A DNA stretch of 32,000 nucleotides from NCBI RefSeq assembly GCF_000179635.2, contig NC_014833.1, forward strand, positions 2,130,001 to 2,162,000, in the 5' to 3' direction. This DNA is from Ruminococcus albus 7 = DSM 20455. Lineage in GTDB: Bacteria; Bacillota; Clostridia; Oscillospirales; Ruminococcaceae. The notes below the pieces were generated by a model, which saw nothing but the letters and a program-made list of their open reading frames with translations, searched no databases and was not told the origin of the DNA. Shown piece by piece: positions 1-9,467 of the stretch. Made by a program: the position numbers and the translations under genes. Position 1 is the stretch's first letter. Each line of letters opens with the position of its first letter.

Positions 1-2
1 GT

Positions 3-1961
3 TCTGCCGAGGACAGCGATCTTAAACGTGAGAACGCTAATATCGACGGCGATACTGCTATGGGTACGATGCTTAAATACGGTTCAGTGGGTGCCAAGGA
101 ATTCTATGAGATGTATGTCCTTGAAGAAGATCATGCACGTGCTCATGAAGACGGCGATATACATATCCACGATATGGACTTCTATACCCTTACCACCACT
201 TGTACGCAAATCGATCTTACCAAGCTTTTTACAGGTGGATTTTCTACAGGTCACGGATACCTGAGAACGCCAAATGATATAACAAGTTATGCTGCTCTTG
301 CGTGCATAGCTATACAGTCTAACCAGAATGATCAGCATGGCGGTCAGTCCATACCCAAGTTTGATTATGATATGGCTGAGGGAGTAAAAAAGACATTCCG
401 TCATCGTTACAGAGATAATATCCGCAGGGGACTTTCTCTTCTCGCTGATGTACCTGATAATCCTGATATCGCACAACGCTGTGCAGATTTTCTTGCTAAG
501 AGGGGTCTTACTCCTACACTATCCAATGATAACGGTTATATGGAGGAGGAAGCTCAGCTGCTTTCATCCTATGCTGATGCGAAGGTCGTTAAAAAGATAC
601 AGAATTTTGCTTTCAAGAGCGCTGTAAAGGAGACCGACAGAGCTACCTATCAGGCTATGGAAGCCCTTATTCATAATCTGAATACCATGAATTCAAGAGC
701 CGGTGCACAGACACCATTCAGCTCTATCAACTATGGTACAGACACTTCTATCGAAGGCAGGATGGTCATCAAAAACATACTGCTTGCCGAAGAGGCTGGT
801 CTTGGAAATGGTGAAACACCAATATTCCCCATACACATATTCAAGGTCAAAGAAGGCGTGAACTTCAATCAGGAAGATCCCAACTACGATCTTTTCAAAC
901 TTGCTTGCAGAGTTTCTGCAAAAAGACTTTTCCCTAATTTCTCATTTATTGACGCGCCTTTCAATCTGCAGTATTACAAGGAGAATGATCCGAATACCGA
1001 GATAGCTTACATGGGCTGCCGCACCAGAGTAATCGGAAATGCTTATGATCCTGAAAGAGAGATCGTTACGGGAAGAGGTAATCTTAGCTTTACTACTATA
1101 AATCTTCCAAGACTTGGCATAAAGGCTCATTATAGTATTGATCTGTTCTATCAGCTGCTTGATGAAAAACTTCAGCTATGTATAGATCAACTTATGCATA
1201 GATACAGGATACAGGCAAGCAAAAGGGTCAAGAATTATCCTTTCCTTATGGGACAGGGTGTATGGATGGATTCTGAAAAGCTATCCTACAATGACAGTGT
1301 TGGCGAAGTACTCAAGCACGGAACTCTTTCAGTCGGTTTTATAGGATTGGCTGAATGTCTTAAAGTGCTGACAGGCAAGCATCATGGTGAGTCTGAGGAA
1401 TCAAGAAAACTGGGCATTGAGATAATCAAGCATATGCGTGAGCGTATGGATCAGGAGACCAAGGCTACGGGTATGAATTTCTCACTGCTTGCTACACCTG
1501 CTGAGGGTCTTTCAGGACGATTCGTAAAGATGGATAAGGAGCGTTTCGGTGATATACCTGGTGTAACTGACAGAGATTACTATACAAACTCTTTCCATGT
1601 CCCTGTATATTACAAAATCAATGCATTTGAAAAGCTTACGATCGAAGCACCTTATCATGAGCTTACAAATGCCGGTCATATCAGTTATGTTGAGCTTGAC
1701 GGAGATCCACTCGGAAACCTCAGTGCATTTGAAAAAGTTGTTAGATACATGAAAGAGGTCGGTATAGGCTACGGATCTATCAATCATCCAGTTGACAGAG
1801 ATCCCGAATGCGGTTATACAGGTATAATCGGTGACCGTTGCCCGAGATGCGGCAGATCTGAAGCCGAGCATCGCAAATCCACACACGAGAGGATTCCTCG
1901 TATCAAGATCGACGCTGTTCCGGTTGAAACGTCTGAAAAGCAGGACGCTAAGAGTAAGTAA
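3..1961 (+). CDS. nrdD: anaerobic ribonucleoside-triphosphate reductase (class III RNR), 5' end outside window
   Basis: The frame is open from nt 3 (SAEDSDLKRENANIDGDTAMGTM...), so the ATG at 60 is internal. The product is long and NrdD-like, with a C-terminal Zn-ribbon region ECGYTG...CPRCG. nrdG follows directly. See the finding about the glycine-free tail. Confidence 0.88.
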   Translation, partial: SAEDSDLKRENANIDGDTAMGTMLKYGSVGAKEFYEMYVLEEDHARAHEDGDIHIHDMDFYTLTTTCTQIDLTKLFTGGFSTGHGYLRTPNDITSYAALACIAIQSNQNDQHGGQSIPKFDYDMAEGVKKTFRHRYRDNIRRGLSLLADVPDNPDIAQRCADFLAKRGLTPTLSNDNGYMEEEAQLLSSYADAKVVKKIQNFAFKSAVKETDRATYQAMEALIHNLNTMNSRAGAQTPFSSINYGTDTSIEGRMVIKNILLAEEAGLGNGETPIFPIHIFKVKEGVNFNQEDPNYDLFKLACRVSAKRLFPNFSFIDAPFNLQYYKENDPNTEIAYMGCRTRVIGNAYDPEREIVTGRGNLSFTTINLPRLGIKAHYSIDLFYQLLDEKLQLCIDQLMHRYRIQASKRVKNYPFLMGQGVWMDSEKLSYNDSVGEVLKHGTLSVGFIGLAECLKVLTGKHHGESEESRKLGIEIIKHMRERMDQETKATGMNFSLLATPAEGLSGRFVKMDKERFGDIPGVTDRDYYTNSFHVPVYYKINAFEKLTIEAPYHELTNAGHISYVELDGDPLGNLSAFEKVVRYMKEVGIGYGSINHPVDRDPECGYTGIIGDRCPRCGRSEAEHRKSTHERIPRIKIDAVPVETSEKQDAKSK

Positions 1962-2036
1962 AAATAATACTATCGTCATCTCCTGTCCATTTCTATTGTA
2001 CAGGAGATGCTTTTGCGCATATTTCGGAGGCTTATT

Positions 2037-2558
2037 ATGGAGATCAGGATAGCCGGTCTGGCTGAAGAATCTATTGTTGACGGACCCGGTTTCAGGTTCA
2101 CTGTGTTTACCCAAGGCTGCCCACATCACTGCAAAGGATGTCAGAATCCTCAGACTCACGATTTTAACGGAGGCAGGATAGAGGACACAGATCGTATTTT
2201 TGATATGATAATTAAAGACCCTTTGCTTGACGGTGTGACTTTCAGCGGCGGAGAACCTTTCTGTCAGTGTAGCGCATTGCTCTCATTGGCTGAAAAGATC
2301 CGTAGCTTCAAGGAACGCAGGCTTAATATCATCAGCTATACAGGTTACACTTTTGAGCAGCTTATGGAGCGGGGAAAGACCGAACCCGACTGTAAGGCCC
2401 TGCTTGAAAAGCTTGATTATCTGGTTGACGGAAGATTCGAGGAAGATAAACGTTCTCTTGAATTAAAATTCCGCGGAAGTTCAAATCAGCGTTTTATCGA
2501 TGTTCAGCGCTCTCTGAAAGAGGGTAAAGCAGTTGTGGCAGACGATGAGCTGCTTTGA
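2037..2558 (+). CDS. nrdG: anaerobic ribonucleotide reductase activating protein (radical SAM)
   Basis: MEIRIAGL...GPGFRFTVFTQGCPHHCKGCQNP carries the C-x3-C-x2-C cluster motif. GGAGG at 2026-2030 sits 6 nt before the ATG at 2037, so the GTG/ATG at 2007 is less likely. The gene is adjacent to nrdD. Confidence 0.9.
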   Translation: MEIRIAGLAEESIVDGPGFRFTVFTQGCPHHCKGCQNPQTHDFNGGRIEDTDRIFDMIIKDPLLDGVTFSGGEPFCQCSALLSLAEKIRSFKERRLNIISYTGYTFEQLMERGKTEPDCKALLEKLDYLVDGRFEEDKRSLELKFRGSSNQRFIDVQRSLKEGKAVVADDELL

Positions 2559-2596
2559 TATAAAGCGGAATTCATATCAAAGATATGCCATATAAA

Positions 2597-2637
2597 AATG
2601 CGGCAGGGAAAGTTTGTTCCCTTGCCGCATTTTTTTA
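2597..2637. terminator. bidirectional rho-independent terminator between nrdG and the convergent gene
   Basis: Hairpin tgcggcagggaa / ttcccttgccgca has an A-run 5' and a T7 run 3'. Confidence 0.8.
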
Positions 2638-3195
2638 TAGATTTTTTGCATAGTCGATCCTGCGTCCAATACTACAGGCACTATCTTTTAGTTTTCCGAG
2701 TGTGTTGATATCGGTAAGAAAAACAACATAGCTGTCACTGTCTATGTCGATACCGCCTATGCAGAGACCTCGCTCTGTAAGCTTTTTGTCAAGTTCATCA
2801 AGCCAAACAGTAATGTCATCGTCGTAGGAAAAGTCTTTTACATCCAGCGTTATGTTTTCAGCGGAAAAAGATTCAAGTTTACCTATACTGAAAATAAGAT
2901 CTTCAACTTCACAGCTGAAATCAAGTTCTGCCGCGTAAGAATTATTGATAAGTATATCCACACAGCCTATCCACATAAGAGTATCGGCATCAGCATCATC
3001 AGATGATATACCACGTTCTGAGAACTGTACTTTATTTTTTTCAGCGTAATCTTTAGTTGAGTTTGTACATTCTGCTATCTCGGCATCAACTGATTCTTTT
3101 CCTTTACATATAATTCTGAAAATTTCAGCTATCATCTTAGAATTCTCTGCACTGTCGTTATTTTGTATTTTCTTGAATTTATCAAATAATCCCAT
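2635..3195 (-). CDS. hypothetical acidic cytoplasmic protein (186 aa)
   Basis: ORF with AGGAG 9 nt upstream of the ATG at 3195 (MGLFDKFKK...). No motif I can assign. It lies between convergent and divergent core genes. Confidence 0.6.
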   Translation of the reverse strand: MGLFDKFKKIQNNDSAENSKMIAEIFRIICKGKESVDAEIAECTNSTKDYAEKNKVQFSERGISSDDADADTLMWIGCVDILINNSYAAELDFSCEVEDLIFSIGKLESFSAENITLDVKDFSYDDDITVWLDELDKKLTERGLCIGGIDIDSDSYVVFLTDINTLGKLKDSACSIGRRIDYAKNL

Positions 3196-3494
3196 AAATA
3201 CAAATCTCCTACTCATAACATTTGAATATAGACGGACATTGATTAACGTTCAGTTTGACTTTTTAATATTATACATCGTTGTGATCAAGAAGTCAACTGA
3301 ATTCAAAGATAAATCATCACGGAGTTTTGCTGTATTAATTTTTCATTATTATGGAATATGTTAATGTATGTAGTTTCATATTAATATAATTCAAAATTAA
3401 CTAACATGATATGTAATATCTGAAGTCTTTACTTTTGTTAAATAATGTGATATAATAATGTGGAAATAGGGTGATCAGGAAAGGGTTGGGTATT

Positions 3495-4247
3495 ATGAAA
3501 TTTATATCATGGAACGTAAACGGTTTCAGAGCTTGTCTGCAAAAGGGATTTGGTGATTTTTTTACTGCTGCAGATGCTGATATTTTTTGTATTCAGGAAA
3601 CTAAAATGCAGCCTGATCAGGCGGATTTTTCGCCTGAAGGATACTTAAAATATTTCCACAGTGCTGTCAAGAAAGGGTATTCTGGTACGGCTGTGTACAC
3701 AAAGAAGGAACCTCTTGAAGTAAAATTCGGGCTGAACGGTACTCACACAGATGAGGGCAGGGTTATCACTTGCGAATTTGAAGACTACTATTTTGTCTGC
3801 TGTTATGTCCCCAATGCGCAGAATGAGCTTAAACGTATAGACTACCGAATGGAATTTGAAGACGATATGAGAGCTTATCTCTCACAGCTTGATAAGACGA
3901 AACCTGTCGTATATTGCGGTGACCTGAATGTTGCTCATGAGGAGATAGATTTAAAAAATCCCAAAAGCAACGCGGGTAATGCAGGTTTTTCAGATGAAGA
4001 ACGCGGTAAGTTCACGGAACTGTTAGGTGCTGGTTTTGCTGATACTTTCCGAAGACTTTATCCTGATAAGGCAGGAGCATATTCCTGGTGGTCATACAGA
4101 TTCAATGCACGTAAAAACAATGCAGGATGGCGTATCGACTATTTTGTGGTTTCTGAAAGACTTATGGATAAGGTTAAAGATTCTAAGATACTGTCAGATA
4201 TAACAGGCAGTGACCATTGTCCTGTTGAATTGGATATTGAACTCTAA
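3495..4247 (+). CDS. xth: exodeoxyribonuclease III (AP endonuclease, EEP fold)
   Basis: MKFISWNVNGFRA...FCIQETK...GDLNVAH...SDHCPV are classic ExoIII/APE1 motifs. Start chosen at the ATG at 3495 rather than the GTG at 3471. Confidence 0.9.
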   Translation: MKFISWNVNGFRACLQKGFGDFFTAADADIFCIQETKMQPDQADFSPEGYLKYFHSAVKKGYSGTAVYTKKEPLEVKFGLNGTHTDEGRVITCEFEDYYFVCCYVPNAQNELKRIDYRMEFEDDMRAYLSQLDKTKPVVYCGDLNVAHEEIDLKNPKSNAGNAGFSDEERGKFTELLGAGFADTFRRLYPDKAGAYSWWSYRFNARKNNAGWRIDYFVVSERLMDKVKDSKILSDITGSDHCPVELDIEL

Positions 4248-4270
4248 AATAATTTTTCGGGGGTAGAAAA

Positions 4271-4972
4271 ATGATTCTTATTACGGGTGATATCCACGGA
4301 TGTGCGGATATATGTAAACTGGCTGCAAAAGCAAATCCTCTGCAGAAAAAGATGACAAAAGAGGATATGCTTATTATAGCCGGCGATTTTGGTCTGGTTT
4401 GGAATAATGATGCTGAGGATCTATGGTGGCGTAAATGGTTGGATCTTAAGCCTTACACAACTCTTTTTGTTGATGGCAACCATGAAAATTTTGATCTGCT
4501 TGAAACTTTTGAAGAAGTGGATTTTAATGGCGGAAGAGCTCATAGGATAGGTAACAGCATCTATCATCTGAAACGAGGAGAAATGTTTGAACTGCAAGGA
4601 AAGAAGTTTTTCACGATGGGTGGAGCTGAATCTCATGATAAGGAGTTCAGGACGCTTGGTGTATCTATATGGGAACAGGAACTGCCTAATGAAGATGAGT
4701 ATGCTCATGCATTGGATACGCTGGAAAAGAATAACTGGCGTACAGACTATGTTGTGACACACTGTGCGCCTTCACCGATACAGCAGGAGATAGCTTCAAA
4801 GCTGGGACTGGAAAATGAATATCCAGATAACAGGCTCAATGCCTTCCTTGATGAGATCAGCAAAAAGCTTGATTACAAGGGATGGTTTGCTGGTCATTAT
4901 CATACTGATCTTGTAAGTGAAATTGAACCAAGGTTTACAGTTCTTTTTAATAAGATAATCGAAGTTATATAA
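4271..4972 (+). CDS. metallophosphoesterase (calcineurin-like) family protein
   Basis: Carries the GDIHG ... GDFG ... GNHEN ... GHYH motif series. GGGGG/RBS upstream. Confidence 0.8.
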   Translation: MILITGDIHGCADICKLAAKANPLQKKMTKEDMLIIAGDFGLVWNNDAEDLWWRKWLDLKPYTTLFVDGNHENFDLLETFEEVDFNGGRAHRIGNSIYHLKRGEMFELQGKKFFTMGGAESHDKEFRTLGVSIWEQELPNEDEYAHALDTLEKNNWRTDYVVTHCAPSPIQQEIASKLGLENEYPDNRLNAFLDEISKKLDYKGWFAGHYHTDLVSEIEPRFTVLFNKIIEVI

Positions 4973-4978
4973 TATCAA

Positions 4979-5012
4979 AAGGCTCGCTCCCTGTCAGGAA
5001 CGAGCCTTATCA
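4979..5012. terminator. hairpin terminator between convergent genes
   Basis: Stem ggctcg...cgagcc, flanked by aaaa on the plus strand, which reads as TTTTGATATT on the minus strand after aspS. Confidence 0.6.
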
Positions 5013-5018
5013 ATTATA

Positions 5019-6353
5019 CTATGGATTCAGTCTGTTAGGACCGCGGAAGATGAACATTGCTTCCTTTATATGCAATCCGAGTAAAAGCATTGTAAGTCTG
5101 TCTACACCGATGCCGAATCCGCCATGAGGAGGACAGCCGTATTTGAAGAATTCAAGATAGAATTTAACGTCCTCATCAAGTCCCTTTTCAGCTGCCTGCT
5201 TTTTCAGAACTTCATATCTGTGTTCACGCTGTGCACCTGTGGTTATCTCAACACCTCTCCAGATCAGGTCATAACCCATTGGCACACCCTTTTCATCTCT
5301 CATGTGATAGAATGCACGTTTTTCAGCATCAAAATCAGTAACAAACAGGAACTCGTGATTGTAGTGCTTCTTGACCCATTCATAGCTGAGCTTTTCAGCA
5401 TCGGTTGTGAGATCGCCCTTTTCTTCCTCGGGAACCTTGTAACCGTACTCTTCTTCAAGTGCCTTATAAAGATCTGCAAGCTTTACAACAGGGAAGGGGG
5501 TCTCAGGTACTATTACATCCTGACCGAACAGCTCCTTGATCTCGTCGCCGTACTTTTCTTTAACTGCGGAAAGACCAGCCTTGAGAAGCTGCTCTTCCAT
5601 TGCCATAACATCTCTGTAATCATTGATGTAGCTGAATTCAAGGTCAAAGCCTGTGAATTCGGTGGTGTGTTTGCTGGTGTAGCTCTTCTCTGCTCTGAAT
5701 ACAGGTCCCACTTCAAAAATGCGTTCAAATCCGCTTGCCATCGCCATCTGCTTATAGAACTGCGGAGACTGTGCAAGATATGCATTTCTGTCAAAATATT
5801 TTACTTCAAATACGCTGGAACCGCTCTCGGAAGCTGCACCTATAAGCTTAGGTGTGTGTATCTCAATGAAGTTCTCACCCAGCAGGAACTGACGCATTGC
5901 ATTTACCAAAACGGTCTGAGCCTTGAACATCAGCTGATTTTCATCTGTACGCAGGTCGATCCAACGATAATCGATACGCTGATCGATACTTGAACGCTCA
6001 ACTGCTTTCTTCTTCTTGGTAGCAGCTATCTCTTTTCTTGCTATCGGGATTGCGTCTGCAATGCTCTCGGGGATGATATCCTCAGGGATCATTTCAAGGC
6101 CACCAAGCTTAACATAGTCATTCTCAAATACCTGACCTATAACTGTAACAACGGAATCACCGGTCAGTGCATCCAGCTTATCATTAAGCTCAGGGTGCTT
6201 TTCCTTTTCTACCGTTACCTGTAATTTTCCTGTTATGTCCTTGATCACGATAAAAGCCATAGCGCGGGCATTTCTGTAGTTTTCTACAAAACCCTGTACC
6301 TTTATACTCTCGCCCAGATGATCTTTGACGTCCTTTATGTATGTTCTGTTCAT
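5019..6353 (-). CDS. aspS: aspartate--tRNA ligase, archaeal/type-2 (possibly non-discriminating)
   Basis: 444 aa class IIb aaRS with an N-terminal OB fold, FRAE...H motif 2 and GGFGIGVDRL motif 3. The C-terminal ...FRGPNRLNP ending is typical of short AspRS rather than AsnRS. Confidence 0.75.
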   Translation of the reverse strand: MNRTYIKDVKDHLGESIKVQGFVENYRNARAMAFIVIKDITGKLQVTVEKEKHPELNDKLDALTGDSVVTVIGQVFENDYVKLGGLEMIPEDIIPESIADAIPIARKEIAATKKKKAVERSSIDQRIDYRWIDLRTDENQLMFKAQTVLVNAMRQFLLGENFIEIHTPKLIGAASESGSSVFEVKYFDRNAYLAQSPQFYKQMAMASGFERIFEVGPVFRAEKSYTSKHTTEFTGFDLEFSYINDYRDVMAMEEQLLKAGLSAVKEKYGDEIKELFGQDVIVPETPFPVVKLADLYKALEEEYGYKVPEEEKGDLTTDAEKLSYEWVKKHYNHEFLFVTDFDAEKRAFYHMRDEKGVPMGYDLIWRGVEITTGAQREHRYEVLKKQAAEKGLDEDVKFYLEFFKYGCPPHGGFGIGVDRLTMLLLGLHIKEAMFIFRGPNRLNP

Positions 6354-6385
6354 TTAACTTCCTCCGTTTCAGGTGAGATTTTACA

Positions 6386-6414
6386 TACAGTATATATTAT
6401 AACGCTTTTGAAGT
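6386..6414 (-). promoter_or_regulatory. sigma-A promoter of aspS
   Basis: Minus strand reads TTGACA (6409-6414), a 17 nt spacer, then TATAAT (6386-6391). Confidence 0.65.
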
Positions 6415-6512
6415 AAAATGTCAACAGCAATATATATTTATTTTTCCTGAATATTATTCGTGTAATAACAGTTTTAAAGTATTATGATCTTCGATGACGA
6501 AGATATTTTGTT

Positions 6513-7193
6513 TCAGCAGAACATATCAATCAGAAAATCCCATATCATGTGAAGTACTATCGGAACAATGATGTTTTTACTTTTAAGGAATGTAATACTG
6601 AATATTATACTCAGACCAACTATACACAAAAATTTTAAATGAACAAAGTTATCAATTAATTGTTCGTGAGTTATCCATGTGGGAATGTGTATTGCCACGA
6701 ATAGAAATGAAGTCAGAAGTATAGCTCTCCATTTATGTTGCTGCTCTTTGCCTACGGTTGCATTCAAAAGCCAGCCACGGAACACCATTTCCTCGGTAAT
6801 TCCAACAAAGGTATAAGTAATTACTTGCTTCACTCCGAATTCTTCATTTAAAATAATGGATCCTTTGTTTAAATACGCAGTTATCAAAGGATAAATAATA
6901 AATAATAGTAATATCGGTAAGTATTCAAGCCATTTGATCTTCGTGGTATACATTTCCTTTAGCCCGACACAGACATCGTCTTTGTAATAATGTATCAGAA
7001 TCGCAGCGGGAAGTACCCATACAAGATTTTTTATAATGACTGTTTTTATTATTTGTGAGATTATGTCTCCTGTGAAAGTTTTGTCGATGTAAGGTTTTGC
7101 AAAAAATTCAAATAGAGCCCAGATCGTGTAAAATACGATCAGATATATTACGATCACCTTGGTTTTGGATACACGTTTTTCAGAAATTTCCAT
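6513..7193 (-). CDS. CPBP family intramembrane glutamic endopeptidase (CAAX/Abi-like), copy 1
   Basis: Polytopic membrane protein with EEMVFRG and downstream HxxxW / H motifs. GGAGG lies 8 nt before the ATG at 7193. Confidence 0.8.
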   Translation of the reverse strand: MEISEKRVSKTKVIVIYLIVFYTIWALFEFFAKPYIDKTFTGDIISQIIKTVIIKNLVWVLPAAILIHYYKDDVCVGLKEMYTTKIKWLEYLPILLLFIIYPLITAYLNKGSIILNEEFGVKQVITYTFVGITEEMVFRGWLLNATVGKEQQHKWRAILLTSFLFVAIHIPTWITHEQLIDNFVHLKFLCIVGLSIIFSITFLKSKNIIVPIVLHMIWDFLIDMFC

Positions 7194-7237
7194 TATAATA
7201 CCTCCGTATTTGTAGAATGCGGACAATTCAACAATAA

Positions 7238-7429
7238 TTATTCAAGTATGAACAGATCTTCCACAGGTATCCTGAGATATCTTGCCAATTTTATAGCAAG
7301 TTCCAGTGTGGGGTTATATTTATCATTTTCAATAGCATTGATCGTCTGCCTTGAGACTCCCACAGCATTTGCTAACTCATCCTGAGTAAGTTTTTGTGAC
7401 TTACGAAGCTCCTTTATCCTGTTCTTCAT
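7238..7429 (-). CDS. XRE-family helix-turn-helix transcriptional regulator (63 aa)
   Basis: MKNRIKELRKSQKLTQDELANAVGVSRQTINAIENDKYNPTLELAIKLA is a canonical Cro/C1 HTH. Confidence 0.9.
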   Translation of the reverse strand: MKNRIKELRKSQKLTQDELANAVGVSRQTINAIENDKYNPTLELAIKLARYLRIPVEDLFILE

Positions 7430-7431
7430 TT

Positions 7432-7743
7432 TTATATACCTACTTTCGTCTTACCGAAGGAGAGCATAAACAGAAAAACTACTGCTGCTGTAGCAGAAAG
7501 CAGGATCACGAGGCCCTTTTTCCAGCGTTCATCTCCGAAATCATGTCTGAATATCAAAGAAGAAGCACCCCTAACCAGTAAGCCGACAAGAAGTACATAC
7601 ATCGGCATCAGTATGGTTCGGTTTTTTATTGTGTATATGATGATCCATACTATCAGCGTGAACTGAGTATAGTAATGAGCTGTTATAATGCTTTTACTGC
7701 GGATCTCTTTGTCCATTTCGTCCGCTTTGTTTCTCTTGAACAT
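7432..7743 (-). CDS. small 3-TM membrane protein co-transcribed with the XRE regulator
   Basis: Hydrophobic segments are present. GGAGG lies 8 nt upstream of the ATG at 7743. Its stop is 2 nt from the XRE start codon. Confidence 0.7.
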   Translation of the reverse strand: MFKRNKADEMDKEIRSKSIITAHYYTQFTLIVWIIIYTIKNRTILMPMYVLLVGLLVRGASSLIFRHDFGDERWKKGLVILLSATAAVVFLFMLSFGKTKVGI

Positions 7744-7772
7744 AATAAAGACCTCCAAAAATATAATTCAAT

Positions 7773-7831
7773 ATATTCTATTATACTTGAAATCTTAAAA
7801 ATGTCAAGAGTGTTTTACATTTGAATGTAAA
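7773..7831 (-). promoter_or_regulatory. sigma-A promoter plus triple half-site operator of the membrane-XRE-CPBP operon
   Basis: Minus strand reads TTGACA (7802-7807), a 16 nt spacer, then TATAAT. Plus strand reads TGTCAA-N6-TTTACA-N6-TGTAAA (7802-7831). Confidence 0.65.
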
Positions 7832-7836
7832 AAATA

Positions 7837-8517
7837 TCATATAGTTCCGTTTATTAGCATCATAAACATAGCAATTGTATTATTGAACACATGAAGTAGT
7901 ATCGGGATAGTTGGATTATTCGAGTAAAGAATAATGACACCGTAAACTATGCCTGTAGATAATTTCGGCAGATTTATCATAAGCTCCGGTAAGGTTAAAG
8001 CGTGCATATGCCAAGCCATAAACAAAACAGATGATAAGATAACACATATAATCGAAGGAAGTTTGGTTCTCAGTTTATCCACAAGAATGAAACGGAAGAT
8101 CAATTCCTCGGTTATTGGTCCCAATATGCCTGCAGCAGTTACAAACAAAGGCACTGATACCATCTTTGCAGCTGAAGAAATGCTGATATCATTCATTCCG
8201 TCATAATTAGGATATAGTGCTATAGATGGATAATAGGCCAGGCTAGATAATATCATATCCGTAATATAAGCTCCTATTGACCATATAATACCATTCGTAA
8301 AATGTTCTTTCCATTCAGTTATACCTTTTCTGATTTCTTTCCGAAAAAGATATATACCAATAAAACCAAGTATGCAATAAGCGATCATCAGACACATTAA
8401 CGAATAATATCTGTTATGAAAAACCAAAAGACGTATCTTTACAGCAAAAATGAACATTATCGTGTATGCTGTCACATAAATTGTTTTTATACTTGCCTTG
8501 CTTTTATTTTTGATCAT
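7837..8517 (-). CDS. CPBP family intramembrane glutamic endopeptidase (CAAX/Abi-like), copy 2
   Basis: Carries EELIFRF and FMAWHMH motifs in a polytopic membrane protein. GGAGG lies 8 nt before the ATG at 8517 (MIKNKSK...). Confidence 0.8.
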   Translation of the reverse strand: MIKNKSKASIKTIYVTAYTIMFIFAVKIRLLVFHNRYYSLMCLMIAYCILGFIGIYLFRKEIRKGITEWKEHFTNGIIWSIGAYITDMILSSLAYYPSIALYPNYDGMNDISISSAAKMVSVPLFVTAAGILGPITEELIFRFILVDKLRTKLPSIICVILSSVLFMAWHMHALTLPELMINLPKLSTGIVYGVIILYSNNPTIPILLHVFNNTIAMFMMLINGTI

Positions 8518-8541
8518 TTTGTTCCTCCTCATTATCAAATT

Positions 8542-8605
8542 TGTCAAGAGCTCTTTACATTTTGATTATAGTACGAGTTGCAATAAATGTCAAGAACCTT
8601 TTACA
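8542..8605 (-). promoter_or_regulatory. promoter of CPBP copy 2 with two TGTCAA-N6-TTTACA operator-like sites
   Basis: Minus strand reads TTGACA (8588-8593), 17 nt, then TATAAT (8565-8570). A second identical-architecture site at 8542-8559 lies between the -10 box and the RBS. Confidence 0.6.
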
Positions 8606-8797
8606 TTATTTGTGTGGGATTTTCAAATAAGCACTTTCTCATTGGAATAAATTGTTGATAATAACCGAAATTGCATAAAATAAAGAATTTACTTTTAGAT
8701 CATCACTGATCCTATGTATTTAACGTGGATTTTACATAGCTGTACTGTTCAAATTTACATTACTGTGCTATACTGATATTATCAGGAGTGTGATAAA

Positions 8798-9466
8798 ATG
8801 CTAATATACATAGTAGAAGATGATCCAAGTATCAGAGAACTGGAAAGCTATGCGTTAGAAAAGAGCGGTTATATAGTTAAATCCTTTGAAGAAACAACTG
8901 ACTTTTATGATTCTATGAAAGTTCGTACACCCGATCTTATACTGCTTGATATTATGCTGCCGGGCGATGATGGACTTACTGTACTTCGCAATATGCGAAA
9001 TGAGCCTGCTTTTTCAAAGATACCTATTATACTTGTTTCTGCTAAGACCACAGAGCTGGATCGTGTAAAAGGTCTTGACCTTGGTGCTGATGATTATATC
9101 TGCAAACCTTTCAGCGTTATGGAAATGGTTAGCCGTGTAAAAGCCAGACTGAGAAGTATTCCTGTTAATAGTCAGACTGTATTGTGTTTTGAAGAGATCA
9201 GATTGTCAGATGATACAAGAACAGTGACTGCGGGTGGATCAACGGTGGAGCTTACATATAAAGAATACGAGCTTTTGAAAATGTTTCTCAGTTCTCCGAA
9301 GATAGTTCTCAGGCGTGATGATATCCTTGACAGGATATGGGGACATGACAGTACAGGGCGCACTCTTGATGTTCATATCCGTACTCTCAGAGGAAAGCTG
9401 GATGAGTACGGCAAATACATCAAAACGGTAAGAAATGTGGGCTATAAGCTGGATAAGGACGACTGA
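8798..9466 (+). CDS. OmpR/PhoB-family response regulator (PhoP-like)
   Basis: Receiver domain (DD...D...K) plus a winged-helix C-terminus (TLDVHIRTLRGKL...VRNVGYKL). Confidence 0.9.
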   Translation: MLIYIVEDDPSIRELESYALEKSGYIVKSFEETTDFYDSMKVRTPDLILLDIMLPGDDGLTVLRNMRNEPAFSKIPIILVSAKTTELDRVKGLDLGADDYICKPFSVMEMVSRVKARLRSIPVNSQTVLCFEEIRLSDDTRTVTAGGSTVELTYKEYELLKMFLSSPKIVLRRDDILDRIWGHDSTGRTLDVHIRTLRGKLDEYGKYIKTVRNVGYKLDKDD

Positions 9467-9467
9467 T

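Noticed and set aside
1831-2052. Alternative-frame ORF with RGFLV as the missing NrdD glycyl-radical segment
   Set aside because: It overlaps the in-frame ERIPRI segment, is extremely Arg/Lys-rich like out-of-frame noise, and lacks the conserved N-x-G-K...E residues. It is kept only as a note inside the NrdD finding.
5124-5993. 289 aa plus-strand ORF inside aspS
   Set aside because: It is antisense to a clearly homologous aaRS gene, and its translation has no recognisable motifs.
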